Shown: positions 30,826-40,646 of the stretch, piece after piece
Layout of the letters: the number at the start of each line of letters is the position of its first letter
Numbering within the stretch: position 1 is the first letter of the stretch
Virus record (IMG/VR): IMGVR_UViG_3300027704_000017
Location: 5,034-69,033 of that record
Source: a virus
Reading direction: 5' to 3' (one strand)
Length of the DNA: 64,000 nucleotides
The notes under the pieces: model-generated
Told to the model about the DNA's origin: nothing
The model's database searches: none
The model's input: only the letters and a program-made list of their open reading frames with translations
Translations under genes and position numbers: made by a program

Positions 30826-31753
30826 TATAAGTGCCTATTATGTCTGGGATCTTTTCGGGTTTAATTTCAAGAATGTAAGTTAGATACTCTACTAGCTCGT
30901 CTGGTATAGACATTTCTTTATCTATAATCAATGTCGCTTCTGACTTTCTAACTACTACTTTCTTATCTAACAGTTCTGAGTTTTTTACTGAAGCAAGGTC
31001 TTGTATGTCTCCCTCTACTTCATAGATTGTGTGATCGAAATCAGTAGCAATCATATCTGCTTCATTAGTAACAGTCTTTCGGATAAGCTGGGGAAGTATA
31101 AACTCTTCCCACATCCAGCTCCAGTCTCCTTCGTTAATAAGTAGATACCCTGTCTTTACTTTATTTCTATGAAAAGAAGTAGTCATTGGACTACCTGGGT
31201 ATACTATATTACGTTGGGTATTACTATGAGCGTGTAAGTCGCCTGCAAATACAACAGGAAAGTCGGATAGCAGGTCAAGGTCTATCTCTGGTTTAACGTG
31301 GGGCGGTATCTCGCCACGCACATGGGTGAATAAGGGCATTCTCTTATCAAAATGATCTATACTACCTTTTCTATGAAGATCAGCGTAAGGCAATATGCCA
31401 TAGCCTAAGTCTTCATCTATATATGATATATCTACTATGTTTATCAAAGGGTTGATATCGCGAGACACTTGCTTTAACTGCGTAAAGAATGTCTTATGCT
31501 TTTTAGTAGCTTCATGGTTGCCATCATAAATAATAGTTGGAATCTTTACTCCACGAATAAACGTGAAGTAAAGTTCTAACTCTTCCATATTCGGAAGACG
31601 ATCAAAGAGATCGCCTCCGATAATATGCATATTACACTGGCTCTCTAACTCATATATCTGCTTAAAGAACATTTGATAACGGTTTAGTGCCCACTTAACT
31701 GGGACATTCTTCTGTCCCAGCTTTATGTGCCAGTCTGCCGTATATAATATCAC
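30794..31753 (-). CDS. Mre11/SbcD-like nuclease (T5 D12-like)
   Basis: ADWH, GGDLFD, GNHE, GDLH, YPGS. Confidence 0.92.
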   Translation of the reverse strand: MILYTADWHIKLGQKNVPVKWALNRYQMFFKQIYELESQCNMHIIGGDLFDRLPNMEELELYFTFIRGVKIPTIIYDGNHEATKKHKTFFTQLKQVSRDINPLINIVDISYIDEDLGYGILPYADLHRKGSIDHFDKRMPLFTHVRGEIPPHVKPEIDLDLLSDFPVVFAGDLHAHSNTQRNIVYPGSPMTTSFHRNKVKTGYLLINEGDWSWMWEEFILPQLIRKTVTNEADMIATDFDHTIYEVEGDIQDLASVKNSELLDKKVVVRKSEATLIIDKEMSIPDELVEYLTYILEIKPEKIPDIIGTYNDYTANVEME

Positions 31754-32382
31754 CCTACGTTAAACTCAGCTTCTAACATTTCGTCATCGTTATCCTTGCC
31801 CGCGTTACGAACACGATCCAACAACTCTTTCTGTGCATCAGCAGTAGGACGTGTCATAACTTCATCCATAGACTTTAGGTCTGTAATGAGGCCTAGTTCG
31901 TCTTCGGTGAGAGCACGAGGCTTGCACTTCAATGCTTGGAGTTGGTACTCTACATTGTAAGGCAGTGGGCCGGTCTTTACTCGCTTGAAACAAATGTCCC
32001 AGCCAGTTGCAGGGTCAGTAGGATCTCCAAGGTCTTCTGCGGCAGTAATAATTTGCTCCCACAGCTTCTTCTTTAGATTTGCTACTTTAACCTTACCGTC
32101 AGTAGGGTCAATAACTTGACAAGCATAGCTCCAGCCACACTTTAGGTCTGGGTAGTACTCGCGAACCCAGTCTTGTTCTTTATTGGTAAATCGCTCAGAA
32201 TTTCTATCGAAAGATAGGCATTCTAAAGGAATGTTTTTACCGTTCTCTCCTTCAATCCAATAGACATAACGTGCAAGAATGTCGCCAACTACGCGCATCT
32301 TGTTGTCTCCGTCTTTGTAAGTGAAAGTACTGATTGATGATTTCTGGGCTCCGCCCGTTTGCTTATTAAATGATAATGCCAT
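31750..32382 (-). CDS. ssDNA-binding protein (T5 D11-like)
   Basis: LGDPTDPATGWD...KTGPLPYNVEY; acidic tail; synteny. Confidence 0.8.
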   Translation of the reverse strand: MALSFNKQTGGAQKSSISTFTYKDGDNKMRVVGDILARYVYWIEGENGKNIPLECLSFDRNSERFTNKEQDWVREYYPDLKCGWSYACQVIDPTDGKVKVANLKKKLWEQIITAAEDLGDPTDPATGWDICFKRVKTGPLPYNVEYQLQALKCKPRALTEDELGLITDLKSMDEVMTRPTADAQKELLDRVRNAGKDNDDEMLEAEFNVG

Positions 32383-32783
32383 TAGTGTATATTCTCCGGT
32401 GTGACTTCTTCGTACTTAAAGTGGATGTTTCCATCTAAGATTCCGAGTAGCCTATTTTCTGTTAAGGTATCTAGACATACAGGACTATGTAGTGTGTCTA
32501 GTGTGGTTTTTTGTGACACTATATACTCTGGCAAACTGCGTAGTGCAGCAAGCGCATAGTATACTGTAATGTCACGAGTTGAGTACTTATAAGAGTTGTA
32601 TAGAAGGACGTCTGGATGCAACAGAAAGCTGCCTCCGAAGAAGTCCATCTCAGAATATTTATAGATAGGGTCGTACTTATTCTTAGGAACACGCTTAGTT
32701 ATAAGCATCTCCATAATCATAGCACAACGGGAAATGTTTCCCTCTGCCGTATCGTAAACCTTCTGCCAGTCAAATAAGAACAT
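32382..32783 (-). CDS. Conserved T5-like hypothetical protein
   Basis: MFLFDWQKV start; position between D10 and D11. Confidence 0.7.
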   Translation of the reverse strand: MFLFDWQKVYDTAEGNISRCAMIMEMLITKRVPKNKYDPIYKYSEMDFFGGSFLLHPDVLLYNSYKYSTRDITVYYALAALRSLPEYIVSQKTTLDTLHSPVCLDTLTENRLLGILDGNIHFKYEEVTPENIH

Positions 32784-32784
32784 T

Positions 32785-32813
32785 ATTATACATCAAAATT
32801 GGGTTAAAGTCAA
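32785..32813 (-). promoter_or_regulatory. sigma70-type promoter
   Basis: TTGACT-17bp-TATAAT. Confidence 0.75.
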
Positions 32814-33619
32814 GAATTATTTTTTTCAAAGTCATAATAGTCTCGGTCTATTGGTCGCTTTCCTGCATTTTCCATTAGAGGCACTGAGATTGAAACTCGG
32901 GCCGAGGCAGGGGTTGCTTTGTGAAACATTCCAGAGGGAATATATAATAAATCCCCTGGCTCTAGTATTGTATCAATTACGGGAGTGTACTTACTTGCCT
33001 CTTTATCAGTCATTGTAAGTCGAGTAGTAAACTTCTTTCTGCCAGCTACGATCTCACTCCTGGCGAATACATTATATACTTTCCAGTGTACCCTGCCTAT
33101 GGCGTGTACTAGGAAGTTATCGTCTTGATCAGCATGAGTCTCGAAAGAAACCGCATTCTTCTTTCCAGAGCAGTAGAAGTGTGCGTCTGCTGCACTATTC
33201 TTGAATCTTGCTTCCAGAGCATTACCTACAGCGGACATATTGGGACTCATCATAGATGCTTTGGTAAGTATTATACTACCTCCTTCTCCCCACATTTTGC
33301 CTACTAGTTGTTTATCATACCAATCATTTTTAGTCCATGCAGGTTGAGGTCGATTATGACAATTTCCCTTTTCCATACATAGTTTGTCTCCCTTAGGGGT
33401 AATTACCTGCAACCCCGCAGAGGCTCTATCATTAGCTACGTACTGGGAGATCTGCTCCCAGCTAGTAATATTACTAAAGAAGTTTTTCTTAAAGTTGTCT
33501 CCTCTAATAACCAAAGCCTTCTTGCCTTTCACAGTAGACATAAAGGCTTCGTCTGTCATGGGGGCTATTAAGTCTTCCCATGTAAATTCAGGTCTTATCA
33601 TAAGTATTTTATCTCCCAA
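32810..33619 (-). CDS. JmjC / cupin-4 Fe(II)-2OG oxygenase (RoxA/YcfD-like)
   Basis: HADQDDNF...LEPGDLLYIPSGMFH (HxD...H triad). Confidence 0.85.
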   Translation of the reverse strand: MGDKILMIRPEFTWEDLIAPMTDEAFMSTVKGKKALVIRGDNFKKNFFSNITSWEQISQYVANDRASAGLQVITPKGDKLCMEKGNCHNRPQPAWTKNDWYDKQLVGKMWGEGGSIILTKASMMSPNMSAVGNALEARFKNSAADAHFYCSGKKNAVSFETHADQDDNFLVHAIGRVHWKVYNVFARSEIVAGRKKFTTRLTMTDKEASKYTPVIDTILEPGDLLYIPSGMFHKATPASARVSISVPLMENAGKRPIDRDYYDFEKNNS

Positions 33620-34881
33620 CCCTGTTTCATGTAGAACCCCATACGGTTAGAGGCCTGCTTTCTAGCGGTATTACCTCTTAAGTGTATGTCTACAACTACA
33701 GGGTCTATCTTTCCTTCTCTTAATCTTATCACTCGTCCTACAAGCTGGGTGAGTAAGGGTTCGTTGTTAACAGGTGTTCCTAGTATCAAACAGCTAAGAG
33801 AGTCTACTGATATACCTTCTGAAAATATAGACTGTGTACCATATAGTACGTTCTTATTTCCAGACAATACTTCTTCTACTAAGGCTTCACGTTCTTCGTG
33901 AGAAACGTCTCCAGTCACACATACTGCTCTGTCCCCCGTTAACTCAGAACACGCTTTGAGAAAACTAACTCTGTCACTTACTACTAGAACTTTGTGTCCT
34001 CGTGCCGCATACGCTGCTGCTAACATTGATACAGTATGTCGGTACTCTTCATCGTTTGATAATTTTGTAACTCTATTTGCCCAAGGAGTTTTAGCTCCAT
34101 CCATAAAGCGGATCTCCGAATGAACAGTATGCACAGTAGGCGTCATATAGTTCTCTTTAGGGGGCTGAAATAGAGTGTTACCAAAGTAATCTCTGAATAC
34201 TACGTGCTTACCATCCTTACGTTCTATGGTTCCTGATAACCCTATCTTATAGCGACAATGGTTTGTATCAAGAACTTTGGAAAAGGTCGGACTACTTACG
34301 TGATGCATTTCATCCAAGATGATAGTGCCAAACTCTTTACGAATCTTGTCTAGGTTTCGGTAAAGTGTTTGGGTATTCCCAATAACGATAGGAGCATCAA
34401 GTTCAAATCTACCACTGCCTATGATGCCAGGTTCAAAACCATAGACTTTCTTTACTTCTTTCGCCCATTGATTACGTAGAGCTACAGTGTGGGTAACAAC
34501 AAGTGTTTTCTGACCTAACTTACCCGCGATTGCTAAACCTGTAAAAGTCTTTCCCCAGCTAACCCATGCGTTGATTATAGCGTTGTCTTCGATCTTGTCA
34601 TAAACCTCTTTCTGGCTTGGTCGTAACTCGAACCTAAACTCAGGAAAGTCTACTGGTATGTTTACGCGCTTATCTACTATATCGTAATTGGACGGTATCA
34701 AATCAATACGACCTGCGGGTATAGAGACGAGTCCATTGCGTATAATACCCATATTCTTAATCATTAGAGGGGGGTCTAACGGGTTATGTGTCGGTATTGC
34801 ATAAGTAAGTTCTTTATCTATTTTATCTTGCAATTCGGCACTACAATCCATGTATATTCTGTTACTAATTACTGCTTTCAT
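33598..34881 (-). CDS. SF2 helicase (T5 D10-like)
   Basis: WGKT, DEMHH, SGT, QLVGRVIR. Confidence 0.92.
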   Translation of the reverse strand: MKAVISNRIYMDCSAELQDKIDKELTYAIPTHNPLDPPLMIKNMGIIRNGLVSIPAGRIDLIPSNYDIVDKRVNIPVDFPEFRFELRPSQKEVYDKIEDNAIINAWVSWGKTFTGLAIAGKLGQKTLVVTHTVALRNQWAKEVKKVYGFEPGIIGSGRFELDAPIVIGNTQTLYRNLDKIRKEFGTIILDEMHHVSSPTFSKVLDTNHCRYKIGLSGTIERKDGKHVVFRDYFGNTLFQPPKENYMTPTVHTVHSEIRFMDGAKTPWANRVTKLSNDEEYRHTVSMLAAAYAARGHKVLVVSDRVSFLKACSELTGDRAVCVTGDVSHEEREALVEEVLSGNKNVLYGTQSIFSEGISVDSLSCLILGTPVNNEPLLTQLVGRVIRLREGKIDPVVVDIHLRGNTARKQASNRMGFYMKQGWEIKYL

Positions 34882-35407
34882 TTTGTAGACTCCAAAGGTA
34901 GATGCCCTTATCGTGCTGTAACATCTTGTAGTTGTACCTGTCTTGCATAGTTAAGTCTGGTATATCTACATCTGTGCTCATAATAGTTTTGATCATCTCG
35001 TACACATGACCCCACGCAAGGCTGGGGAGCTTGCTGTCCATAAGACCTAGATTTAATGTAGTAATTCTACACTGTTTGCTTAGGCAGTTGTAAGTTAGAT
35101 TATCTGCATAGTGATTCAATGCCGCTTTCTGAGCTGCATACATATATCCACTAGAGATATTTGGTTGAGCAGCCCTAGAGGATATATTTATTATGAGCTT
35201 ACTTGTATCATTTTGCCACTCATTGAACACATACTCTAATAGCTCTACTTGTTTGAAGCCTACGTGAGCATAGTTGATAAAGACATCGTATTCATCGAGT
35301 ACAACCTCGCCCCTTAGTATCTCTTCGATTCTGCAGCTAGTAGTAGAAAGAAGTCTCTCATGAAGCAAACTTGCAAGGCTACTTCTACCTGTTATTAGAA
35401 TTTTCAT
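34865..35407 (-). CDS. Short-chain dehydrogenase/reductase-like protein
   Basis: ILITG, IINISS, YAAQK (YxxxK). Confidence 0.75.
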   Translation of the reverse strand: MKILITGRSSLASLLHERLLSTTSCRIEEILRGEVVLDEYDVFINYAHVGFKQVELLEYVFNEWQNDTSKLIINISSRAAQPNISSGYMYAAQKAALNHYADNLTYNCLSKQCRITTLNLGLMDSKLPSLAWGHVYEMIKTIMSTDVDIPDLTMQDRYNYKMLQHDKGIYLWSLQNESSN

Positions 35408-36299
35408 AGTGCTCCTTTAGTAAATCAAACGAGGGCTTTCCAAAGAGAGACCCGTCTACACTACACTTATTACAAGGAGAGTTGCTTCTATCTCCTTTCA
35501 TTAACTTCTTCCGTATCTTAGTCATGGGCTTGCCCAGCCAAACGCTCGAGAGATCCTGCATTAGTAGGTTACCTACTACGTGCTCGCGTCCCCAGTCATT
35601 GCTACAGAACAGCACATCACCATTCCAATCTACAAACATTTTATAGAAGGGGTAGTGACAAGGCTTACCTTGTAAAGCAGTAACACTACTTTCTTCTACT
35701 CCTACCCAATCCATAACACCGCTTCTATTGTTCAAAATTAAACCATGCTTTTCAAAATCTCCCCAGTGCATACGGTACTTAAACTTACTTGTAGGGACAT
35801 CTCGCATAACTTTATCGAAATGCTCCATCTGCTCTATACCATCATACAGATTAATATAGAGTAAGTCCAGGCCGCATACATCAAACAAATCTCTAGCGAG
35901 TTCGTAGGTCAGCTTATCCCCGTTGGTATTACACTCTACTGTAGCGTCGGGCAGGCTATGTTTAAATATCTGCACTATCTGAGGAAAGTCAGGGTTAAGT
36001 AGGTTCTCTCCGAACCCGCTGAGAGATATCTTGCCTCTAAAATCATTAGCAGCAAGCTCTGTAGCTATTATCAGTGCCCCTTTAGGACTCATATGAAGGT
36101 TCCTGTTGGGGAATACTTCAGGATTGTGCCTAGGGCAAAATACACAGGTTCTATTACACAACTCGGTAGTATTTACTTCTACCGTAAGTATGGAACGCAG
36201 AAGGGAATCTGTTGGATTGTTAGTCCAGTGCAGGGTTTCCTGATCTCGTCTATGTTTTAAAAAGTCATGCTGATCAACAGCTACTGTTGGGATAATCAT
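35385..36299 (-). CDS. Radical SAM protein with SPASM/twitch domain
   Basis: CNRTCVFC; PCHYP...DWNGDVLFC...GN...PCNKC. Confidence 0.9.
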   Translation of the reverse strand: MIIPTVAVDQHDFLKHRRDQETLHWTNNPTDSLLRSILTVEVNTTELCNRTCVFCPRHNPEVFPNRNLHMSPKGALIIATELAANDFRGKISLSGFGENLLNPDFPQIVQIFKHSLPDATVECNTNGDKLTYELARDLFDVCGLDLLYINLYDGIEQMEHFDKVMRDVPTSKFKYRMHWGDFEKHGLILNNRSGVMDWVGVEESSVTALQGKPCHYPFYKMFVDWNGDVLFCSNDWGREHVVGNLLMQDLSSVWLGKPMTKIRKKLMKGDRSNSPCNKCSVDGSLFGKPSFDLLKEHYENSNNR

Positions 36300-36955
36300 A
36301 AGTTTAATTCATTCTTAGCTATAATGTAGTCTTTAACAAACTCAGACCTAACAATGTCTTCTACTTGGAAGTCAATGAAGGTAAAGCGTTCCATTCGTTT
36401 TAGTACACGAATAAAATCTTGTAGGCCGTTAGCCTTTAAGTCTGCCTGTCTAAAGTCTCCGCAGAACATGATTCTACAGTTCTCACCCATACGAGTGATG
36501 ATAGAATCTAATTCATGAAAACTCATGTTTTGGCACTCATCAATAAGGATGACTGCATCTCTTAGTGTTATACCTCTAATAAAAGAAGTAGTCATAAAGT
36601 GTACTAAACTCTTGTTCTTCAGGATCTCATACGCATCCCCTCTTCCAAACAAGTCTATAGCAATATCTTTATAAGGCTCCTCATATACTGAACCTTTTTC
36701 TTTCTCAGTTCCCGGTAGAAATCCTATGTCTCGGGTTGGTACTGCGCTACGAATAATTACTAAGTTCTGATACTTACCCTTCGCCATATCATCGTATGCT
36801 AGATAGGAGGAGATAAATGTTTTACCTGTACCTGCCAATCCGTGCAATACTAAGTTTTTCTCTGACTCAAATGCTGTCAGCTGATTTCTGGTTAATGGTT
36901 CGATCTCCCTTAGCTCCAAGCTCGCGCCAGCGAGTGTCTTCCGTTTTTTAGCCAT
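36296..36955 (-). CDS. phoH: PhoH-family ATPase
   Basis: GLAGTGKT, GFLPG, IRGITL, IDECQN, GDFRQAD, DIVRS. Confidence 0.92.
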   Translation of the reverse strand: MAKKRKTLAGASLELREIEPLTRNQLTAFESEKNLVLHGLAGTGKTFISSYLAYDDMAKGKYQNLVIIRSAVPTRDIGFLPGTEKEKGSVYEEPYKDIAIDLFGRGDAYEILKNKSLVHFMTTSFIRGITLRDAVILIDECQNMSFHELDSIITRMGENCRIMFCGDFRQADLKANGLQDFIRVLKRMERFTFIDFQVEDIVRSEFVKDYIIAKNELNL

Positions 36956-36956
36956 A

Positions 36957-37448
36957 TTATACTTTTCTTCTAGTGTCTTTGAGTTTCGTTGCCGAATACT
37001 CATAAAGCATCCACGGTAGCTTATGCAGATGCAAAACCCCTGCCCATACCATTTCTGGGTCGGGAGGGCGTGGGATTGTAAAAGGAACAGTACTTCCTTT
37101 TACAAAAACGAGAGAGCCAGTACCTTTTTTCTCTACTCGTTTTATTTTTAGATATTTTAGTGGCAAGAACCTAGTTTTTATATAGGTAAAGGGCACGCCC
37201 TTGTTATCTATAAAGTAGCTAGTGCTTTGCTTTAAAACACCATTAGGCGTACTTATCATCTTCCTGAGAGGCACTAAATCATTGAAAGGAGATTGCAATC
37301 TTCGTGCGCCTAGTGTTGCGCCAGATTGATTCCTATCATCAAGGACTTGCCCGTCTAAGAATAGTATGCCGTCTGCCAGCTCCCAGTTTCCAGAATCTAA
37401 TAGAAATATAGGGAACTCTAAATTGTGTATTGTATTATACGTTATCAT
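36957..37448 (-). CDS. Conserved T5-like hypothetical protein
   Basis: LDDRNQSGATLGARRLQ; normally follows DNA polymerase in T5-like phages. Confidence 0.7.
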   Translation of the reverse strand: MITYNTIHNLEFPIFLLDSGNWELADGILFLDGQVLDDRNQSGATLGARRLQSPFNDLVPLRKMISTPNGVLKQSTSYFIDNKGVPFTYIKTRFLPLKYLKIKRVEKKGTGSLVFVKGSTVPFTIPRPPDPEMVWAGVLHLHKLPWMLYEYSATKLKDTRRKV

Positions 37449-38386
37449 TCTTCTACAAAAATTGGTCGCATCTCTACGCCCTTTAGCTCATCATCAAAGC
37501 GAGCACCCTTCCTAGAGGAGGGACAAATTATAAACTTATAGGGGTCTTGGTTTTTTACTTTCTTAATCACCCGTAGAGACTGAGGTCTGCCTCCCTGCTT
37601 ATCATCACAAACAGAGCAAGGAAGTATTGCGTTCCTATCTCCGTTTAAAAGCCTCCATCTTATCCTGTTTAATTTATCATCGTTCTCATACATATCCATT
37701 AAGCTACGCTCATGAACATTGCCAATTATTATCTGGTACTTCCAGTCATTACAGCACATCTGATAGTTGCCATGATAGTCTATAAAAATTTGTCTCATGG
37801 GGTGGAAGCAAGGCTCCTTAACACTCTCTTCACTAAACACGCCTGCTCTGTTATTGAATAGGTAGGTAAAGTAGAGACCGTCTTCCTTGGTAGTGTCTTG
37901 TTGTGGACCTAGCTTATTCATCTCTTCTACACTGAGCGTGTCTGGCTTAAAGTAATGTTCTATACGCTTACCGTTAGGCAGCTTAACATACTTTTTTCGC
38001 ATGAAGTCAGAATCTTCTTGGTTAGTATAAGTATTAAGTATTAGCTCGTCTATCTTGGCGTATACGCCCCACAACTTATCTATTCTATAGCCATTTGTGG
38101 TTACTCTTACTTCCCACTTGCGTGGTTGTGCAGTAACTAAGTCTACTACTTTATCAAACTTATTATGCAGAGTAGGCTCACCCCTTCCCGCTAGTTCTAT
38201 AACTCCTTTGAAATCGATAGCTCGTAGCTCTGCCAGTACTATCTCTATAGTCTCTAAGCTCATATGCTCGTTTACGTTAGGGTAGGACTTAAACGTGCGA
38301 GGACAAAAGTAACAAGTACGATTGCACAAGCCCGTCAAGTCTAGGTCTACCCTGTAGAGGTAGTGGGATACGTCTTTAGGCCCCAT
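37445..38386 (-). CDS. Radical SAM protein with SPASM/twitch domain
   Basis: CNRTCYFC, GRGEPTL, TTNG; PCFHP...CCNDW...PCSVC. Confidence 0.9.
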   Translation of the reverse strand: MGPKDVSHYLYRVDLDLTGLCNRTCYFCPRTFKSYPNVNEHMSLETIEIVLAELRAIDFKGVIELAGRGEPTLHNKFDKVVDLVTAQPRKWEVRVTTNGYRIDKLWGVYAKIDELILNTYTNQEDSDFMRKKYVKLPNGKRIEHYFKPDTLSVEEMNKLGPQQDTTKEDGLYFTYLFNNRAGVFSEESVKEPCFHPMRQIFIDYHGNYQMCCNDWKYQIIIGNVHERSLMDMYENDDKLNRIRWRLLNGDRNAILPCSVCDDKQGGRPQSLRVIKKVKNQDPYKFIICPSSRKGARFDDELKGVEMRPIFVEE

Positions 38387-40646
38387 ACATTTTCTCGAAT
38401 TTACCACCGGAGTAGTCTTGGTGTATGATCTCAAAGTCACATCCGACCGGAACACCTGGGATGGAGATGCCTCTATCCATCTGAACGAAAGAAGCAAGTT
38501 TTAACATATACTCGTCTACTTCTGCATTTGGTACTTCTGCTAGGATTGAATCGTGTACAAGAGCAAAGATACGTGCACCCTTGTTGTTAGACTTAATCCA
38601 AGCATTCATATCTATTGCACCTAGTAAGTTAATATCAGAAGCAGCAGACTGCACCAGAAAATTAAGACCAGACCTAATACTATGACTTTGGATGCCCGAG
38701 TCTGTCGATGCGACATTTGGTAATCTCCTTTTCCTGCCGAAGTAACTATATATAAAGCCATTTTGTTTAATAAACTTTTTGTTATCTTCGATCCATTCTT
38801 TTAGTTTATGGAACTCTGCAAAGTAATCATCAATTACTTCTTGAGCTTCATTCTTGGTAAAAGGCTTACCACTATCTTTAGTAACCTGCTCACTAATCTT
38901 GTTTGCACCGGCACCATACATAATACCAAAGGTTACAGCTTTAGCAGCCTGTCTTTGCATACCGTATAATTTGGCTACTTCACTAGGCTCGCAAGGTAGT
39001 TTAAACACTTTATGAGCAATAGCTGAGTGGAAGTTACCTCCCGCCTTGAACACTTCAATGAGTGCTTTATCTTTTGCTAGGATAGCTGCAACATATACTT
39101 CTGCTGTTGTTAAATCCATTGCGACAATAGTATTGCCAGGGGCTGCTTTAATACAGCCTTTTACAATAGGATTGTCACGAGGGAGCTGTTGCATATTAAG
39201 CTTCCCACTAGAGCTAAGCCTCCCACTAGTTGTACTATGTAGATTAAAACCTGTACGTAACCTGCTATCTCTATCCAGCTGAGGTATGATTTTGTCCAAA
39301 TAAGTATTTTTAATTTTTGATTTCTGTCTAATAGCAAGGATAAGTCCGGGGATGTCGGACTGCTGAGCCAGCTCCTCAAGAACTTCTGCATCTGTGCTAT
39401 TTGCTCCCGTGCCAGTTTTCTTTCCAGTTGGAGAGAGCCCCAAGAAATCAAACAAAAGACTACGAAGCTGCACAGTGCTATTAGGATTAAAGTGTTTTCC
39501 ATTAATTGTCTCGAATTTAGCAATACCTTCGTTTTCATAAAGTTTTGCTATGGCCTCATCAATCTCTTTTTGCATTAGAGTCTGAGACTTAGTTAATCGG
39601 CCTACATCAAAAGGTACGCCATTGTCTTGAACATCTGTCAAGAATCTACAGCCTGGTATAAGTATATTCTCGTACACACTACACAAGCGTTTGTTTTGTT
39701 TAATTTTTACAAACTTCTCATAGAGCAAGAAAGTACACGCAGCATCCATACCTGCGTATAGCTTCATAATATCAAAAGGAATATCGCCCCAGTTAAAGTC
39801 AGCCTTGAGGATGCCATGTTCCTTACGATACTTATCAATCCAATCATACATAGGCTTCTCATAGTCGCCATAGATTGTATACTTCATGGATAGCTGTTTC
39901 AGGCCATGTGTGCCTGGATTCTCGTCAATAAGATAGTGAAGTAGCATAGTATCTTCGAAGCGAGGAAAGTTAAAGTTGAAGTGGTACTCAAAGAACGCCA
40001 AGTCAAACTTAGCATTATGAAATACTACTATCTTCTTATCGAATAGCTCTTGTAGTAACCGCTCTGATTCTTCGTCTAAGCACTCTGTATCTATGTAAGC
40101 ACCACGATCTGCTTCGTAAGACAAGCTCAGCCCTAATACGTGACCATTTCTAGGCCATAAGGCTGTTGTCTCGGAGTCGAGTGCAACATAAGGGAGGGGT
40201 GCGTCAATAGCTGCTTGAAAGAAAGCATTGGCTTCTGCCGTATCTTGAATACCCCAAGCGTTATATGTAGTAATTACCGTGTCTTGTTTATCACCGGTGA
40301 TATACTCTATAATACTCTGCTTAGAGTCGTCCCAGGTACGTTGAGCTTCTGGCTTAAATGCAAGCATTGCAGGGTTGATAACAGGTAAGTACTTCTCTTC
40401 TACTTTCTTGCCAGAGTACTCTGTTACGGAGTTAGTCTTGGTAAAGTACTTGAGTGCGTCACTACCTACTAGGATAATCCAGTCGTATGCGTCAACATCA
40501 ATTTCGATGTCACAGTCTCGTTTTAGTACTTTCTTTAGGTTGGGGTCAGAGCAAAGCTGATACTGGTCAAACTCAAATGACTCATCAAACTCTGACTTAA
40601 AATTGGTTCTACTCGGTTTGGTTTCTATTAGGGCAACCTTAGCCAT
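38376..40646 (-). CDS. polA: Family A DNA polymerase with 3'-5' exonuclease
   Basis: DSET, HNAKFD, SGRLSS, DLTTAE, RQAAKAVTFGIMYG, VHDS. Confidence 0.95.
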   Translation of the reverse strand: MAKVALIETKPSRTNFKSEFDESFEFDQYQLCSDPNLKKVLKRDCDIEIDVDAYDWIILVGSDALKYFTKTNSVTEYSGKKVEEKYLPVINPAMLAFKPEAQRTWDDSKQSIIEYITGDKQDTVITTYNAWGIQDTAEANAFFQAAIDAPLPYVALDSETTALWPRNGHVLGLSLSYEADRGAYIDTECLDEESERLLQELFDKKIVVFHNAKFDLAFFEYHFNFNFPRFEDTMLLHYLIDENPGTHGLKQLSMKYTIYGDYEKPMYDWIDKYRKEHGILKADFNWGDIPFDIMKLYAGMDAACTFLLYEKFVKIKQNKRLCSVYENILIPGCRFLTDVQDNGVPFDVGRLTKSQTLMQKEIDEAIAKLYENEGIAKFETINGKHFNPNSTVQLRSLLFDFLGLSPTGKKTGTGANSTDAEVLEELAQQSDIPGLILAIRQKSKIKNTYLDKIIPQLDRDSRLRTGFNLHSTTSGRLSSSGKLNMQQLPRDNPIVKGCIKAAPGNTIVAMDLTTAEVYVAAILAKDKALIEVFKAGGNFHSAIAHKVFKLPCEPSEVAKLYGMQRQAAKAVTFGIMYGAGANKISEQVTKDSGKPFTKNEAQEVIDDYFAEFHKLKEWIEDNKKFIKQNGFIYSYFGRKRRLPNVASTDSGIQSHSIRSGLNFLVQSAASDINLLGAIDMNAWIKSNNKGARIFALVHDSILAEVPNAEVDEYMLKLASFVQMDRGISIPGVPVGCDFEIIHQDYSGGKFEKMYGA

